Below, piece after piece: positions 26,168 to 36,245 of a stretch of 64,000 nt of DNA. The translations under genes were made by a program, and so were the position numbers. The DNA lies in NCBI GenBank assembly GCA_001774685.1, contig MFAS01000001.1, forward strand, positions 415,557-479,556. The letters are read 5' to 3'. Below the pieces are notes generated by a model. It made no database searches. It was not told where the DNA came from and saw nothing but the letters and a program-made list of their open reading frames with translations. The DNA comes from Candidatus Collierbacteria bacterium RIFOXYD2_FULL_45_13. GTDB lineage: Bacteria > Patescibacteriota > Microgenomatia > UBA1400 > MFAQ01. Positions within the stretch are counted from its first letter, which is position 1. Each line of letters begins with the position of its first letter.

Positions 26168-27928
26168 CTACCAGCTTCCGCCACCGCCGCCACCACCACC
26201 ACCTCCCGAAGATCCTCCGGAAAATCCGGAACCTCCTGATGAGGAAGACGAGGGGTTGTACGAAAGTCCGCTGGCTGCCGTATGACTGAAGTCCGACACA
26301 AAGCCGGACCACGCCAGATTATTCATGCCCACCCCGCCATCTAAATATTTTGGTGGTTTAATATTTAATGCAGACATGTCCTTGGCCAGTTTGCCAATGA
26401 CACCCAGAGCGATCGCAAAGGGGAGCACTTCTTCAATAAAGAGATGTTTTTCTTTTATCTCCTCCCTCCATTTTCCGAGACGTATCGTTTCACGCAGACC
26501 CTTGATCTGAAGGGTGAAGTTAGTCCCAACTGCGGTTTTTTGAGGCATGTTCCAAGCAAACCAAATCGAGACTAGGATAGAAACCAATAGGGTTATCACC
26601 GGCCACCCTTCTTGCAGAAAACTAATGGGACCGATGGTGACTGCAAAAGTCAAACCGGACACGCATACTGCCAGTACCATCCATACACCACGGGTAGTAC
26701 TGGGGTTGGCCGTAAACAACCTCCTTTCTTTCAACCGATCGTTGATCATTTTCTTTACCTTGGTCATATGAGTGTAGAAAGTCCCCTTCAGGTCACTGAG
26801 TTTGACCGAGGTTTTGGAATTAAAAATGTGCTCCATCAGGTATTCCTGTTGAGGCGGTAGATCTCCCGGACCGGACTTGAACTTGGTCAACAGAAAGTCA
26901 TGTCCAAACTTCAGGAAGCCTTTCTTCTCCACCTTCTCAATCCCTAGGTATTTCTTTCGGGCGAGGTCAATTATCTCGGCCACCACATCTTGATTATCCA
27001 CCTTCTCATCCAGCATGGCTCCGGCTTCTCCCGGCGTCAGATCCTTCAGCGGTTCGTAAACCATTGGTATATTTATTGGTTCAAAAATCGGTCTTAATGC
27101 ATTTGGTTGACCTGGATCTAGATTAAATGCATTGGGAGAATTAAATCGGAAGTCTCGCCCTTTCTTATACCAAACCAAAAACATTAATAGTCCGGGAACA
27201 ATCGTCAAGGCCAAAAACAGGTTGTTCGTGGCCGTCGCTATCCATCTCTCGGTCGTCGTGGGAAAGATTAAATTATTATTTTTATCCAGTTTCACTGCAA
27301 CCGTAAAATTGTCTCCATAACCGACCTCTTCAAGTGCCTCTATTCTTAGCCGATTGTCTTCCTGGCCGATTTTACAGTTCGAAGATACACTTCCCACGGG
27401 TCCTACAAAACAAATTGTTTCTCCACTTGAGGCAAAAGGGGATCTGATCGTCACCGTCGAAGTCAAGACCGGAAACTGCCAGCCTTCGCCGGTGATATCC
27501 CAATAAAGTTCATCGAAGTCTTTATGTCTGAGAATGGCGTGGTCGATTTTGTAGGAAATATTGTAGACGCGACTTCCCGAAAAAGTTTGTTCGGGATCTC
27601 CAATCTTCAACGTCAGATTTCCACTTTCTCTCGTCGTGGAAAATGGCATTGGTTTACCTTCGGTATCGGTTACGGAAATATCGGAGACTGGGTTAGTATA
27701 GACCAGTCCTTCTCGTCTGTATTTCTCTGGAATATAGCGAAAGATGCCGTGTTTCTCAACAGGCGAAAAGTACTCGATCTTCTCGGTAATAGACAAAGAG
27801 GTGTCCTGGTTTATCTCTATGACGGAATCAAAGCTGGTGATAGCTTCTCCTGTGGGTTCCTGAGCCATGACGCCGGGTATTTGCACGAGGGACAAAATCA
27901 GCGCCAAGCAAATCACAATTTTCTTCAT
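26168..27928 (-). CDS. DUF2207-family membrane protein with Gly/Ser-rich C-terminal tail
   Basis: Signal peptide, large extracytoplasmic domain, TM cluster and poly-G/S tail 'SSSGGSGFSGGSSGGGGGGGGGGSW'. Confidence 0.6.
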   Translation of the reverse strand: MKKIVICLALILSLVQIPGVMAQEPTGEAITSFDSVIEINQDTSLSITEKIEYFSPVEKHGIFRYIPEKYRREGLVYTNPVSDISVTDTEGKPMPFSTTRESGNLTLKIGDPEQTFSGSRVYNISYKIDHAILRHKDFDELYWDITGEGWQFPVLTSTVTIRSPFASSGETICFVGPVGSVSSNCKIGQEDNRLRIEALEEVGYGDNFTVAVKLDKNNNLIFPTTTERWIATATNNLFLALTIVPGLLMFLVWYKKGRDFRFNSPNAFNLDPGQPNALRPIFEPINIPMVYEPLKDLTPGEAGAMLDEKVDNQDVVAEIIDLARKKYLGIEKVEKKGFLKFGHDFLLTKFKSGPGDLPPQQEYLMEHIFNSKTSVKLSDLKGTFYTHMTKVKKMINDRLKERRLFTANPSTTRGVWMVLAVCVSGLTFAVTIGPISFLQEGWPVITLLVSILVSIWFAWNMPQKTAVGTNFTLQIKGLRETIRLGKWREEIKEKHLFIEEVLPFAIALGVIGKLAKDMSALNIKPPKYLDGGVGMNNLAWSGFVSDFSHTAASGLSYNPSSSSSGGSGFSGGSSGGGGGGGGGGSW

Positions 27929-28005
27929 ATCTACCAGTATAAATCAAGTCTTTGAGCCAGGTATGTTATAATATCCCATATAACTCAGAAAAAGGAGCTC
28001 TGAAC

Positions 28006-28179
28006 ATGAACAAGAAGTTGCTTCGTTACCTCGATCCGATCAGCGCTATGGGGTTTGGGTGGATTCTGGCCTCGATCTTTTTGTTTCTTTCATCGGCAAA
28101 CTCGGCTCTTTTCCTCCTCATCGTCTGTCTCGTCATGGTTGGCGGGAGTTTCGCCTACCACTACTTCTCTGGTTCTTGA
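28006..28179 (+). CDS. Small membrane protein (57 aa)
   Basis: ATG at 28006 with SD AAAGGAG 8 nt upstream. MNKKLLRYLDPISAMGFGWILASIFLFLSSANSALFLLIVCLVMVGGSFAYHYFSGS. An extended -10 TGTTATAAT sits upstream. Confidence 0.5.
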   Translation: MNKKLLRYLDPISAMGFGWILASIFLFLSSANSALFLLIVCLVMVGGSFAYHYFSGS

Positions 28180-28237
28180 CCAGACGTTACTATCTACCCC
28201 GCCTTGCGGCGGGGTATTTTTTGGCTTAAAATGCCTG

Positions 28238-28825
28238 ATGAACCAAGAATACCTTCAGGCCGTTAAGACCCAGTTGGACGAAAAAATCTTTACCCACTCA
28301 CTCGCTCTTCGAGCCTGTATGGGAGGGCTTTATGACTATTTCTCCGAAAACAACTTACTCGGTACAGATGAGCCTCCCAAAGAAGATTGGCTACTGGCCG
28401 GTCTAGTTCACGATATTGATTATTCCGAACCCTTCAAGGCCGAACATCCTGCCCACACCAAAGAGGCTCTAGCCAAATACGGCTTGGACCTTTCTGACTC
28501 GGTTCACCATATCGTCCTCGCCCACGCTCCCGAGTTGACCGGCGTCAAGCCAATTACCAAAGCCGACTGGTCCATTTTTTGTGCCGACTCTCTCACCGGC
28601 CTCATCATGGCCGTCGCTTACGTTTACCCTAGCCGGAAACTGGCTGACGTCAAAGTTAGTTCTGTCCTCAAACGCTTTCTCAAAGAGCCCAAGTTCGCCG
28701 CCGGCACCCGCCGTGACGAGGTGGCCATGTGCGAGAATCCTGAAGGTCTCGGTCTCCCCCTCGAAAAATTCATCGACCTCTGCCTCACCTCCATGCAAAA
28801 AGTGGCCGAAGATCTAGGGCTCTAA
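28238..28825 (+). CDS. HD-domain phosphohydrolase
   Basis: 'HSLALRA...' provides the His and 'LAGLVHDIDY' provides the HD motif. Start set at the only in-frame Met (MNQEYLQ). The ORF-track start at 28055 overlaps the small membrane ORF. Confidence 0.6.
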   Translation: MNQEYLQAVKTQLDEKIFTHSLALRACMGGLYDYFSENNLLGTDEPPKEDWLLAGLVHDIDYSEPFKAEHPAHTKEALAKYGLDLSDSVHHIVLAHAPELTGVKPITKADWSIFCADSLTGLIMAVAYVYPSRKLADVKVSSVLKRFLKEPKFAAGTRRDEVAMCENPEGLGLPLEKFIDLCLTSMQKVAEDLGL

Positions 28826-28845
28826 AAGATTTGCTACAATATATC

Positions 28846-29006
28846 CTGAAAGCGTTTGAGTTCCGGTTTTCCACCGGAGCAAGCTTCCCGGGGTAACAAC
28901 CGAGGACGGGTCGGCCCGTAATAGCCAAATTAAGTAATTGTTAAGGTGGCACCTTCCCGAAGCAAATCGGGACCCTAACGCGCAAATGTTTGCGTGTTTT
29001 TTTGTA
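28846..29006 (+). promoter_or_regulatory. Structured 5' leader of serS with T-box-like motif and terminator (candidate T-box riboswitch)
   Basis: Extended -10 TGCTACAAT at 28832-28840. Hairpins TCCGG/CCGGA, ACGGG-TCGG-CCCGT and TCCCGA-AGCAAA-TCGGGA. 'AATTGTTAAGGTGGCACC' resembles the T-box sequence AATTAGGGTGGNACC, and its UGGC would pair with tRNA-Ser GCCA. Terminator CGCAA-ATGT-TTGCG plus T7 run at 28979-29006. Confidence 0.3.
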
Positions 29007-29037
29007 GGGTAAGATATTAATAAGTTAAATAAACAAA

Positions 29038-30312
29038 ATGCTAGATATAAACTACATCCGCGAAAATACGGACAAAGTCAAAGAAGCCGCCAAAAACAAA
29101 AACCGTAACGCCGATGCCGTCGATCGGGTACTGACCCTCGACTCGGACAGACGCCGCCTGATCGTCACTATCGAAAGTATCCGCTCCGAAAGAAACAAAT
29201 TAAACGATGAGTTAAAAAAAGGCCGTACCGACGAACTAATCGCCAAGTCTACCGAGCTCAAGACTCAACTCCAAGACCTGGAACCCCGGCTACGAGAAGT
29301 AGAAAAGACCTTTGAGGAAATAATGCTCCAGATCCCCAATGTTCCTTTTGACGAAGTTCCCGTGGGCAAAGATGAGACCGGAAATAAAACCATCAGGACT
29401 TGGGGTGATAAACCCAAGTTCGACTTCGAAACCAAGAACCACATTGAACTGGCCAAAGATCTGGATCTTATCGACTTCGAACGTGGCACCAAGGTCGCCG
29501 GTTTCCGTGGTTACTTTCTCAAAGGTGATGCCGTCATGTTGCAGTTTGCTCTCATGCATTACACCCTACAAAAATTTATTTCCAAAGGCTATACCCCGTT
29601 CGTCCCTCCGGTGATCCTCAAAAGGCGTAATTTTGTCAACAGTGCCCATTTTCCTTGGAGCGAGCAGGATGTATACAAATTTGTGACCGATGAAGGAGAG
29701 GATGAGTACTTCCTTACCGGCACTGCCGAAGTTCCTCTAGTCTCTTACTACCAGGATGAGGTTCTAAACGAAAAAGATCTTCCCATCAAGATGATTGGTT
29801 TCTCTCCTTGTTACCGCAAGGAAGCCGGTAGTTATGGAAGGGACACCCAAGGGGTCTACAGGGTCCATGAGTTTGTCAAAACCGAGCAAGTAGTCCTTTG
29901 CAAAAACGACGTCGAGGAGTCTCTCCGTTTACACGAAGAAATGATGGCCCACACCGAAGAAATTGCTCAGGAACTAGGATTGCCCTATCGTGTCCTGCTC
30001 ATGTGTACCGGAGACATGGGCGAACCACAGACCAAAAAATACGATCTCGAGGCCTGGATGCCCGGCCGAGACAACTGGGGCGAGCTCGCCTCCGACTCTA
30101 TTGTGACCGACTTCCAATCCCGCAGAGCCAACATCCGCTACCGCGACGCCAAAAACGAGATGCAATATGTCCACATGTTAAACAACACCGCCAGCAACTC
30201 ACCTCGTTGGTTAGTGGCTATCCTGGAGAACTACCAACAAGCTGACGGCTCAATCAAAATCCCGGCTGTTCTGGTTCCATACATGGGGAAGGATCGTATA
30301 GAACGTGTCTAA
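29038..30312 (+). CDS. serS: Seryl-tRNA synthetase
   Basis: N-terminal coiled-coil arm plus class II core. 'GFSPCYRKEAGSYGRDTQGVYRVHEF' is motif 2. 424 aa. Confidence 0.95.
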   Translation: MLDINYIRENTDKVKEAAKNKNRNADAVDRVLTLDSDRRRLIVTIESIRSERNKLNDELKKGRTDELIAKSTELKTQLQDLEPRLREVEKTFEEIMLQIPNVPFDEVPVGKDETGNKTIRTWGDKPKFDFETKNHIELAKDLDLIDFERGTKVAGFRGYFLKGDAVMLQFALMHYTLQKFISKGYTPFVPPVILKRRNFVNSAHFPWSEQDVYKFVTDEGEDEYFLTGTAEVPLVSYYQDEVLNEKDLPIKMIGFSPCYRKEAGSYGRDTQGVYRVHEFVKTEQVVLCKNDVEESLRLHEEMMAHTEEIAQELGLPYRVLLMCTGDMGEPQTKKYDLEAWMPGRDNWGELASDSIVTDFQSRRANIRYRDAKNEMQYVHMLNNTASNSPRWLVAILENYQQADGSIKIPAVLVPYMGKDRIERV

Positions 30313-31354
30313 GAAAATTATTATCATTCTTTTGCTACTCTTCGTGATCTGCGGAGCCGTTTCCTATGTGTTTTTGCACCGGGGTTCTTTGGCCCTTATC
30401 TCCCCCTTGTTCACCGGACAAGATCAGACGGAAAAAATTTCTAAAAAAGTCAGCCAATTTCGGCTGGACTTTACCAAATCCAAAGAGTTATCTTCCTTGG
30501 AACAAGTTCCCCGATATATCGTCTACCACGCCGATACCGGCCTCGTCTACTACAGCAAGGGGACTGGCCTACGAATGTCTCCAGCTTCTTTTACAAAGCT
30601 CCTCTCCGCTCAAGTAGTTCTCGACCTAATACCTTTGGATAATCAGATTACTGTTTCGGACAAATCCTTAGACAAGGTTCCTACCATTTTGGGACTCAAA
30701 ACCGGCGAAACTCTCCCTGCCTCCGACCTTCTTCGTGGGGCCATAGCTACGAGCGCCAACGACTCGGCCCAGGCCTTGGCCGACGGGGCTGCCAGTGCTG
30801 TCAAGATTTTTCCGTCGGAGTTTATTTATTACATGAATCAAAAAGCTCAGTTGCTTCAGATGACTCACTCACACTTTGCCAACCCCGACGGGCTGGATGA
30901 TCAAAATCAGTACTCAACTTTGGCAGACCTGGCAAAGCTCGTCAATAACGTACAAAAAAATTACCCGGATATTGTTTTGGCCGGCAAATCGGATAACCAA
31001 GATATTCAGCAGACCACCACTCACGGTAAATATTATCTGCCCAACTGGAACGGCCTTCTGGGAGTTTACCCCGGAGTCAATGGTTTGAAGATCGCCTACA
31101 CCGAAGAAGCCGGCTACTCTACCATTATTACGGCGATCAGGGACAACACACCGGTGGTGGCTATTGTCTCGGGTACCGGCTCGTATCTGGAAAGAGATCG
31201 GGCCGCCGCGGATCTGTTGGATGCCGCCTATCTAACGAAGGGTCTACCCCCGGTCCGTGTTTCTACACTCATGCTCAACCGTCATTATCAAGTCTGGGGA
31301 GACCTAGCCCGAAAAATTCGCAGTGAAATAAAGTTAACTCAAAGTCTTAACTAA
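30305..31354 (+). CDS. D-alanyl-D-alanine carboxypeptidase (peptidase S11, PBP5-like)
   Basis: SxxK 'SPASFTK', SxN 'SANDSA' and a downstream KTG-like region. N-terminal TM. Confidence 0.8.
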   Translation: MSKKIIIILLLLFVICGAVSYVFLHRGSLALISPLFTGQDQTEKISKKVSQFRLDFTKSKELSSLEQVPRYIVYHADTGLVYYSKGTGLRMSPASFTKLLSAQVVLDLIPLDNQITVSDKSLDKVPTILGLKTGETLPASDLLRGAIATSANDSAQALADGAASAVKIFPSEFIYYMNQKAQLLQMTHSHFANPDGLDDQNQYSTLADLAKLVNNVQKNYPDIVLAGKSDNQDIQQTTTHGKYYLPNWNGLLGVYPGVNGLKIAYTEEAGYSTIITAIRDNTPVVAIVSGTGSYLERDRAAADLLDAAYLTKGLPPVRVSTLMLNRHYQVWGDLARKIRSEIKLTQSLN

Positions 31355-31355
31355 T

Positions 31356-31985
31356 ATGTCCTTCCGTCATTTATTTTTTCCTCAAACCCTCAAACTACCG
31401 GACTCCAAATTCAATCACCACATTTCCATCAACCTCTACTTTCTCCAGCCCACCTTGCATGTTGACGGTTTGATCGAATCCGGTGATATTCTGACTCATA
31501 TCTGGAAAACCGGTATCAAAAAGTTAATCCCTAAGTATTTCATCCCCAAAACAATTTTAATTTTGGGACTCGGCGGTGGATCTAACACTCTACTGGTCAG
31601 GCGTCTCTATCCCAAAGCTAAAATCATTGCGGTCGAGATAGACCCATTTATGGTGGAAATCAGCAAGAAATATTTTGGAATTGGAAAGGTCAAAAACCTG
31701 GAAATTATTGTGGACGATGCCCTCCATTTTGCCGCTAACTTAACCTCGAAGGACAACTACGATCTGATATTGGTCGATTGTTTCGAAGGCAAGTACATTC
31801 CTCATAAATTGGAGGATCTGAACTTTATGCAACAGCTCAAAGACCACTCTCGCTTTACTTTGGTCAATCGTATCCATTGGTACGACCATCACTTACCGAC
31901 CATCAATTTTATGAGATCCCTGTCCACTCGCTTTGTCTTTGTCACTGCCCGCACCGTCTCCAATCTCATCATTTCCTTGGTTTAG
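31356..31985 (+). CDS. Spermidine-synthase-like class I SAM-dependent transferase
   Basis: 'ILILGLGGGS' glycine-rich loop, 'IIAVEIDP' and 'DLILVD'. Confidence 0.5.
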   Translation: MSFRHLFFPQTLKLPDSKFNHHISINLYFLQPTLHVDGLIESGDILTHIWKTGIKKLIPKYFIPKTILILGLGGGSNTLLVRRLYPKAKIIAVEIDPFMVEISKKYFGIGKVKNLEIIVDDALHFAANLTSKDNYDLILVDCFEGKYIPHKLEDLNFMQQLKDHSRFTLVNRIHWYDHHLPTINFMRSLSTRFVFVTARTVSNLIISLV

Positions 31986-32004
31986 ACAGTATAATCATGT
32001 CTGT

Positions 32005-34662
32005 ATGTTTTCATTTCTAGACTCCATTCTCAATCCGAACAAAATCGAGATCGACAAGATCAAAAAGATTGTGACCACTGTCAACTCCTTGGAGGACTGG
32101 GCCAAAGGTCTGAAAGACGATGAGTTTAAACCGGAAATTGCTCAAATCAAAGAAGAATTAAAAGGTGAAAAAACTCTTGATGACGTCCTGCCCCAAGTCT
32201 TTGCTCTGACGAGAGAAGCCGCCTCCCGCACCTTGGGGATGAGGCCTTACGACGTTCAGCTCATCGCCGGTATCGCCTTCCATCAAGGCAATATTGCCGA
32301 GCAAAAAACAGGTGAAGGCAAGACTTTGTCGGCTGTACCCGCCCTGGTTCTCAACGCTCTCACCGGAGAAGGTGCTCATCTGGTGACCGTTAACGATTAC
32401 TTGGCCAGACTCCACGCCGGCTGGATGGGTCAGATCTATGATTTTCTAGGCTTAAGCGTCGGCTGTATTTATTCCGGTCAGGGAGACCAGCCCGCCGTCA
32501 TGTACGACTCAACCTTTACCGACTCCTCCCATTCAGACCACCGCCTCCATCATCTCAAGCCGGTTACCAGGACGGAAGCCTACGCCTGCGACATTACCTA
32601 TGGCACCAACAACGAATTTGGTTTTGACTATCTCCGAGACAACATGGCGAAGACTCCCGAGCAGCTCGTTCAGCGCCCGCATCATTTTGCTATTGTGGAC
32701 GAGGTCGACTCCATTCTCATCGATGAAGCCCGCACCCCCTTAATTATTTCCGCTCCGGACACCGAAGCCACCGATCAGTACGTCCGTTTTTCGGGTCTGA
32801 TTAGAGGGCTTTCTGCCGATACCGATTTTGAGGTGGACGAAAAACAAAGGACCGCCAATCTTACGGATCATGGTCTCCGGAAGCTAGAGAAAATTTTAAA
32901 TGTCGAAAATCTTTATCAGCAAGACTATCAGACCCTTCACCATCTGGAACAAGCTCTCAAAGCCCAGACTCTCTTCGTCAAAGACCGTGACTATGTGGTG
33001 AAGGATGATCAGGTGATCATCGTTGATGATCATACCGGCCGTCTCATGTTTGGCCGACGTTACTCCGATGGATTGCATCAGGCCATCGAAGCCAAAGAAG
33101 GCGTCAAGATCCAGCAAGAAAGCAGAACGATGGCCACCATCTCTCTCCAAAACTATTTCAGGCTTTACAAAAAGCTTTCCGGTATGACCGGGACTGCCGC
33201 CACCGAAGCCGAAGAGTTCAAAAAGATTTACAACCTTAACGTTCTAATTATCCCCACCAACAGACCCAATATTCGTCAGGATAACTCGGACATTATTTAC
33301 AAGACTCAGCGAGCAAAATATGGCGCCTTAGTAGCCGAAGTCGCGGAGCTCCACGCCAAAGGTCAGCCGGTCCTCATCGGTACCAAGTCTATCGAGCAAA
33401 ACGATGTCGTCGGCCAGTATCTAAAAAAGAAGCATATTCCCCATCAAATCTTAAATGCCAAGAACCATGAGAACGAAGCCATGATTATTTCCGAAGCAGG
33501 GAGATTGAACGCTGTCACGGTGGCTACCAACATTGCCGGCCGAGGTGTCGATATCATGCTCGGAGGTGACCCGCAGGGGAGAGAGCTCAAAGAGTGGCAG
33601 AAGGAAGCCGACAAGGTTAAGAGCCTGGGTGGTTTACATATCATTGGCGCCGTCCGTCACGAATCACGCCGTATCGACAATCAGCTAAGAGGTCGCGCCG
33701 GTCGCCAGGGGGATCCCGGATCCACCCGTTTTTATATCTCACTCGAGGACGACATCATGCGTATTTTTGGTGGCGATCAGGTGGGTCGCCTGATGGACTT
33801 CCTCAAAGTTCCCGATGATCAGCCGTTGGAAGCAGGTATGGTTACCAAAGCAATAGAAACTGCTCAGACCAAAGTTGAGTCCTTTTATTTTGACCAGCGG
33901 AAACATTTGGTCGATTATGACGACGTTATGAATAAACAGCGTCAGATCTTTTACGCCCGCCGGCATCATTTGTTGACGGAGGGGCCAGATGTCGCCACCG
34001 CTTCGGTCGATCAAGCCTTGGAAAAAGAAATTGCTTATCTTTCTAATATCTACGCCGCTTCAGGTATAGATAAGGTTGAAGCCGACCAAATCGGTAAAGA
34101 ATTCCAAAGCATCTTGCCCCTGGATCCACGGTCAGCCGACTCACTGGAAAAAAATCTGGTCGGCAAGACAGGAGAGGATGTCCAAGAAATGCTTAGCAAA
34201 ATTATTCTTCAGGCCAGAGCTGCCCAGAAAGAACGGTTTGGTAATGATGTTCTTCCTCAAGTAGAGAGATATGTTTTGTTAGAAACTTATGACGAACTTT
34301 GGATGAACCATCTCGACGCCATTGACAATCTCCGTGATGGAATCGGTCTGCGTGGCTATGCTCAGAAAGATCCCTTGGTGGAATACAAACAAGAATCTTT
34401 TTCCATGTTTGAGAGTCTCCTGTCCCGGATCGACTCCACCGTCTCACATCGTATTTTCCGGGTCCAGATAAATATTCCACAGCCAGTTACCCGCCGTACT
34501 ATTGAAAAATCATCTTCCGACACCGATACATCCTCGCCATTACCGGGAGGTACTCCGACACGACAATCCATAAAAAATACCAACAAGCTCGGTCGCAACG
34601 ATCCTTGTTGGTGCGGCAGCGGTAAAAAATGGAAATCCTGCCATTATCCTAAATTGGGTTAG
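32005..34662 (+). CDS. secA: Preprotein translocase ATPase SecA
   Basis: DEAD-motor motifs and the C-terminal zinc finger 'CWCGSGKKWKSCH'. Start set at MFSFLDSILNPNK (32005) because the upstream 24 codons overlap the previous gene. Confidence 0.95.
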   Translation: MFSFLDSILNPNKIEIDKIKKIVTTVNSLEDWAKGLKDDEFKPEIAQIKEELKGEKTLDDVLPQVFALTREAASRTLGMRPYDVQLIAGIAFHQGNIAEQKTGEGKTLSAVPALVLNALTGEGAHLVTVNDYLARLHAGWMGQIYDFLGLSVGCIYSGQGDQPAVMYDSTFTDSSHSDHRLHHLKPVTRTEAYACDITYGTNNEFGFDYLRDNMAKTPEQLVQRPHHFAIVDEVDSILIDEARTPLIISAPDTEATDQYVRFSGLIRGLSADTDFEVDEKQRTANLTDHGLRKLEKILNVENLYQQDYQTLHHLEQALKAQTLFVKDRDYVVKDDQVIIVDDHTGRLMFGRRYSDGLHQAIEAKEGVKIQQESRTMATISLQNYFRLYKKLSGMTGTAATEAEEFKKIYNLNVLIIPTNRPNIRQDNSDIIYKTQRAKYGALVAEVAELHAKGQPVLIGTKSIEQNDVVGQYLKKKHIPHQILNAKNHENEAMIISEAGRLNAVTVATNIAGRGVDIMLGGDPQGRELKEWQKEADKVKSLGGLHIIGAVRHESRRIDNQLRGRAGRQGDPGSTRFYISLEDDIMRIFGGDQVGRLMDFLKVPDDQPLEAGMVTKAIETAQTKVESFYFDQRKHLVDYDDVMNKQRQIFYARRHHLLTEGPDVATASVDQALEKEIAYLSNIYAASGIDKVEADQIGKEFQSILPLDPRSADSLEKNLVGKTGEDVQEMLSKIILQARAAQKERFGNDVLPQVERYVLLETYDELWMNHLDAIDNLRDGIGLRGYAQKDPLVEYKQESFSMFESLLSRIDSTVSHRIFRVQINIPQPVTRRTIEKSSSDTDTSSPLPGGTPTRQSIKNTNKLGRNDPCWCGSGKKWKSCHYPKLG

Positions 34663-34671
34663 AATATCTTC

Positions 34672-35622
34672 ATGAGCCTAGACGCACCAGATCAGGAGTT
34701 CAGTATCCAGATTTTGCCTAATACTGAAATAAAAGAAACATCTCCCTCCATCGAATACTATCTGGATCGACAAGAATTCAGAGATGTCATCAAAGAAAAC
34801 TGGCCGGACTTATTAGAAATGTTAGACCATATCGTTCACCCAGCCTGCAGTCAGCATCCAGACGCGCTTGAATCATGGGAGATAGACCAACGAAACAATA
34901 GAACTGACACGATATCTCGCCTGCCACCTCTTTTTGCCTTACAGATTCTCCTTTATGAGGAATGTTTTGGAGTCAATGCCAATCCTGGCAGAAAATTAAG
35001 CGACCCAGAAATCAGCATGCAAGACTCTTATGCGCCTTCGCCCGGAGGCCTTCTTTCTCATGGTTATCCCTACGGTACTTTTGATGGAGCCACTCTCGAA
35101 TCGGTTTCACAGCTCCCATTTGCGGGAGACTCTGCTAAAGAGGCAGTCGCCTCGTTGAGCGATAGGAATCAAAGAAGACAGCTCGCCGGGATTATTTCAA
35201 GATCTCTCTATCCGGAAGATTTTGGTCCATCATCCACTTTCTCTGACCAAAGAAGACGTAACACCGCTCGATCTCTCGAAGATCCAAACGTGACGCCCAG
35301 AGACGAAGCCAATTCTTGGGCTCTCAGGTTAGTTAAGATGGTCAAGCTGGCAACGTTAGGCAATTCGGTCAAAGATCAAAGTTTAAAAGACATTGTCTAT
35401 AGAGATTCGAAGGGGGAATGGTCCCTTGCTATGTATTGGCATCTGCTTTGGAAAAAGATGTCTCGCTCTCTAATAGAGAGTGACCAAAGTAGCCAATTCA
35501 AAAATCCATATGATACTGAGGTTAAAAAGGCCATCGGTGATCTGTTACGGGTGCGTCTCAACCCTGACGTTCAGGTATTATTCAAATATATTTCCCCATC
35601 TGGGTACATAAATGGTCAATAG
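34672..35622 (+). CDS. Hypothetical protein
   Basis: 316 aa. No motif. Confidence 0.4.
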   Translation: MSLDAPDQEFSIQILPNTEIKETSPSIEYYLDRQEFRDVIKENWPDLLEMLDHIVHPACSQHPDALESWEIDQRNNRTDTISRLPPLFALQILLYEECFGVNANPGRKLSDPEISMQDSYAPSPGGLLSHGYPYGTFDGATLESVSQLPFAGDSAKEAVASLSDRNQRRQLAGIISRSLYPEDFGPSSTFSDQRRRNTARSLEDPNVTPRDEANSWALRLVKMVKLATLGNSVKDQSLKDIVYRDSKGEWSLAMYWHLLWKKMSRSLIESDQSSQFKNPYDTEVKKAIGDLLRVRLNPDVQVLFKYISPSGYINGQ

Positions 35623-35690
35623 AAAAAAACAATTCCCCCTCCGAAGTCAAGCATTTTTTGAGCGATAAACAGATAATATAATACAAATAA

Positions 35691-36227
35691 ATGGAAAAAA
35701 CTCTACCCATCACAAATGAGAAATTTGACTATCTGACTCTAAGTGAGAGGTTTAAGCTAGCAGAGTCTGTTTTATTGATATGTTCCCTGGAAGATGCCAA
35801 TTATGCAAAAGAGCTCGCTGCAGGTTTAAAGAAAGAGGGTATTAAGGTCCTCACCCGTGATGAGATAGATTTCCACCAGATCACCTCAACTGACGACCAA
35901 AAACGTCTGCGTTCGGATCTTGGGGGTATTTTTATCATCCCATCAGATTCTCTCATGAAAGCAGATAGCGATCTTGTTTCTTTTCTATATCAAGCAAATA
36001 GTGAGTTGCCAGATGGTGAAGTCGCCCATAGCATTTTTATGCTGACCGACCACCGTCAAGTGCGATACCTTGAGCCATTAGAGACCAGACTAGGTCACTC
36101 AATTACCGCCCTATCGCTTGTCGGAGATACAGACTACGACTCTTCTGCTAAAGTTCGGATTGCCGGTAAAGACGCCACACCCAGATTTCTCAAGTTCTTT
36201 AAGCAACAAAGGCTAAAGAAAAGGTAA
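35691..36227 (+). CDS. TIR-like (flavodoxin-fold) domain protein, hypothetical
   Basis: 'VLLICSLEDANYAKELAAGLKKEGIKV' then 'IFIIPSDSLMK' parallels the TIR signatures '(V)FLSH..D..fa..L...L...G..V' and 'VVVLSPAF'. Inference. Confidence 0.35.
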   Translation: MEKTLPITNEKFDYLTLSERFKLAESVLLICSLEDANYAKELAAGLKKEGIKVLTRDEIDFHQITSTDDQKRLRSDLGGIFIIPSDSLMKADSDLVSFLYQANSELPDGEVAHSIFMLTDHRQVRYLEPLETRLGHSITALSLVGDTDYDSSAKVRIAGKDATPRFLKFFKQQRLKKR

Positions 36228-36245
36228 TTTTTCGACCAACTCGAG

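Noticed and set aside
26088-26285. 65-aa ORF encoding a PPPPPPPPPP stretch
   Set aside because: It is the antisense reading of the Gly/Ser-rich (GGN-repeat) tail of the DUF2207 gene on the other strand.
31933-32004. 24-codon N-terminal extension of secA
   Set aside because: It overlaps the previous gene. SecA homology begins at MFSFLDSILNP (32005).
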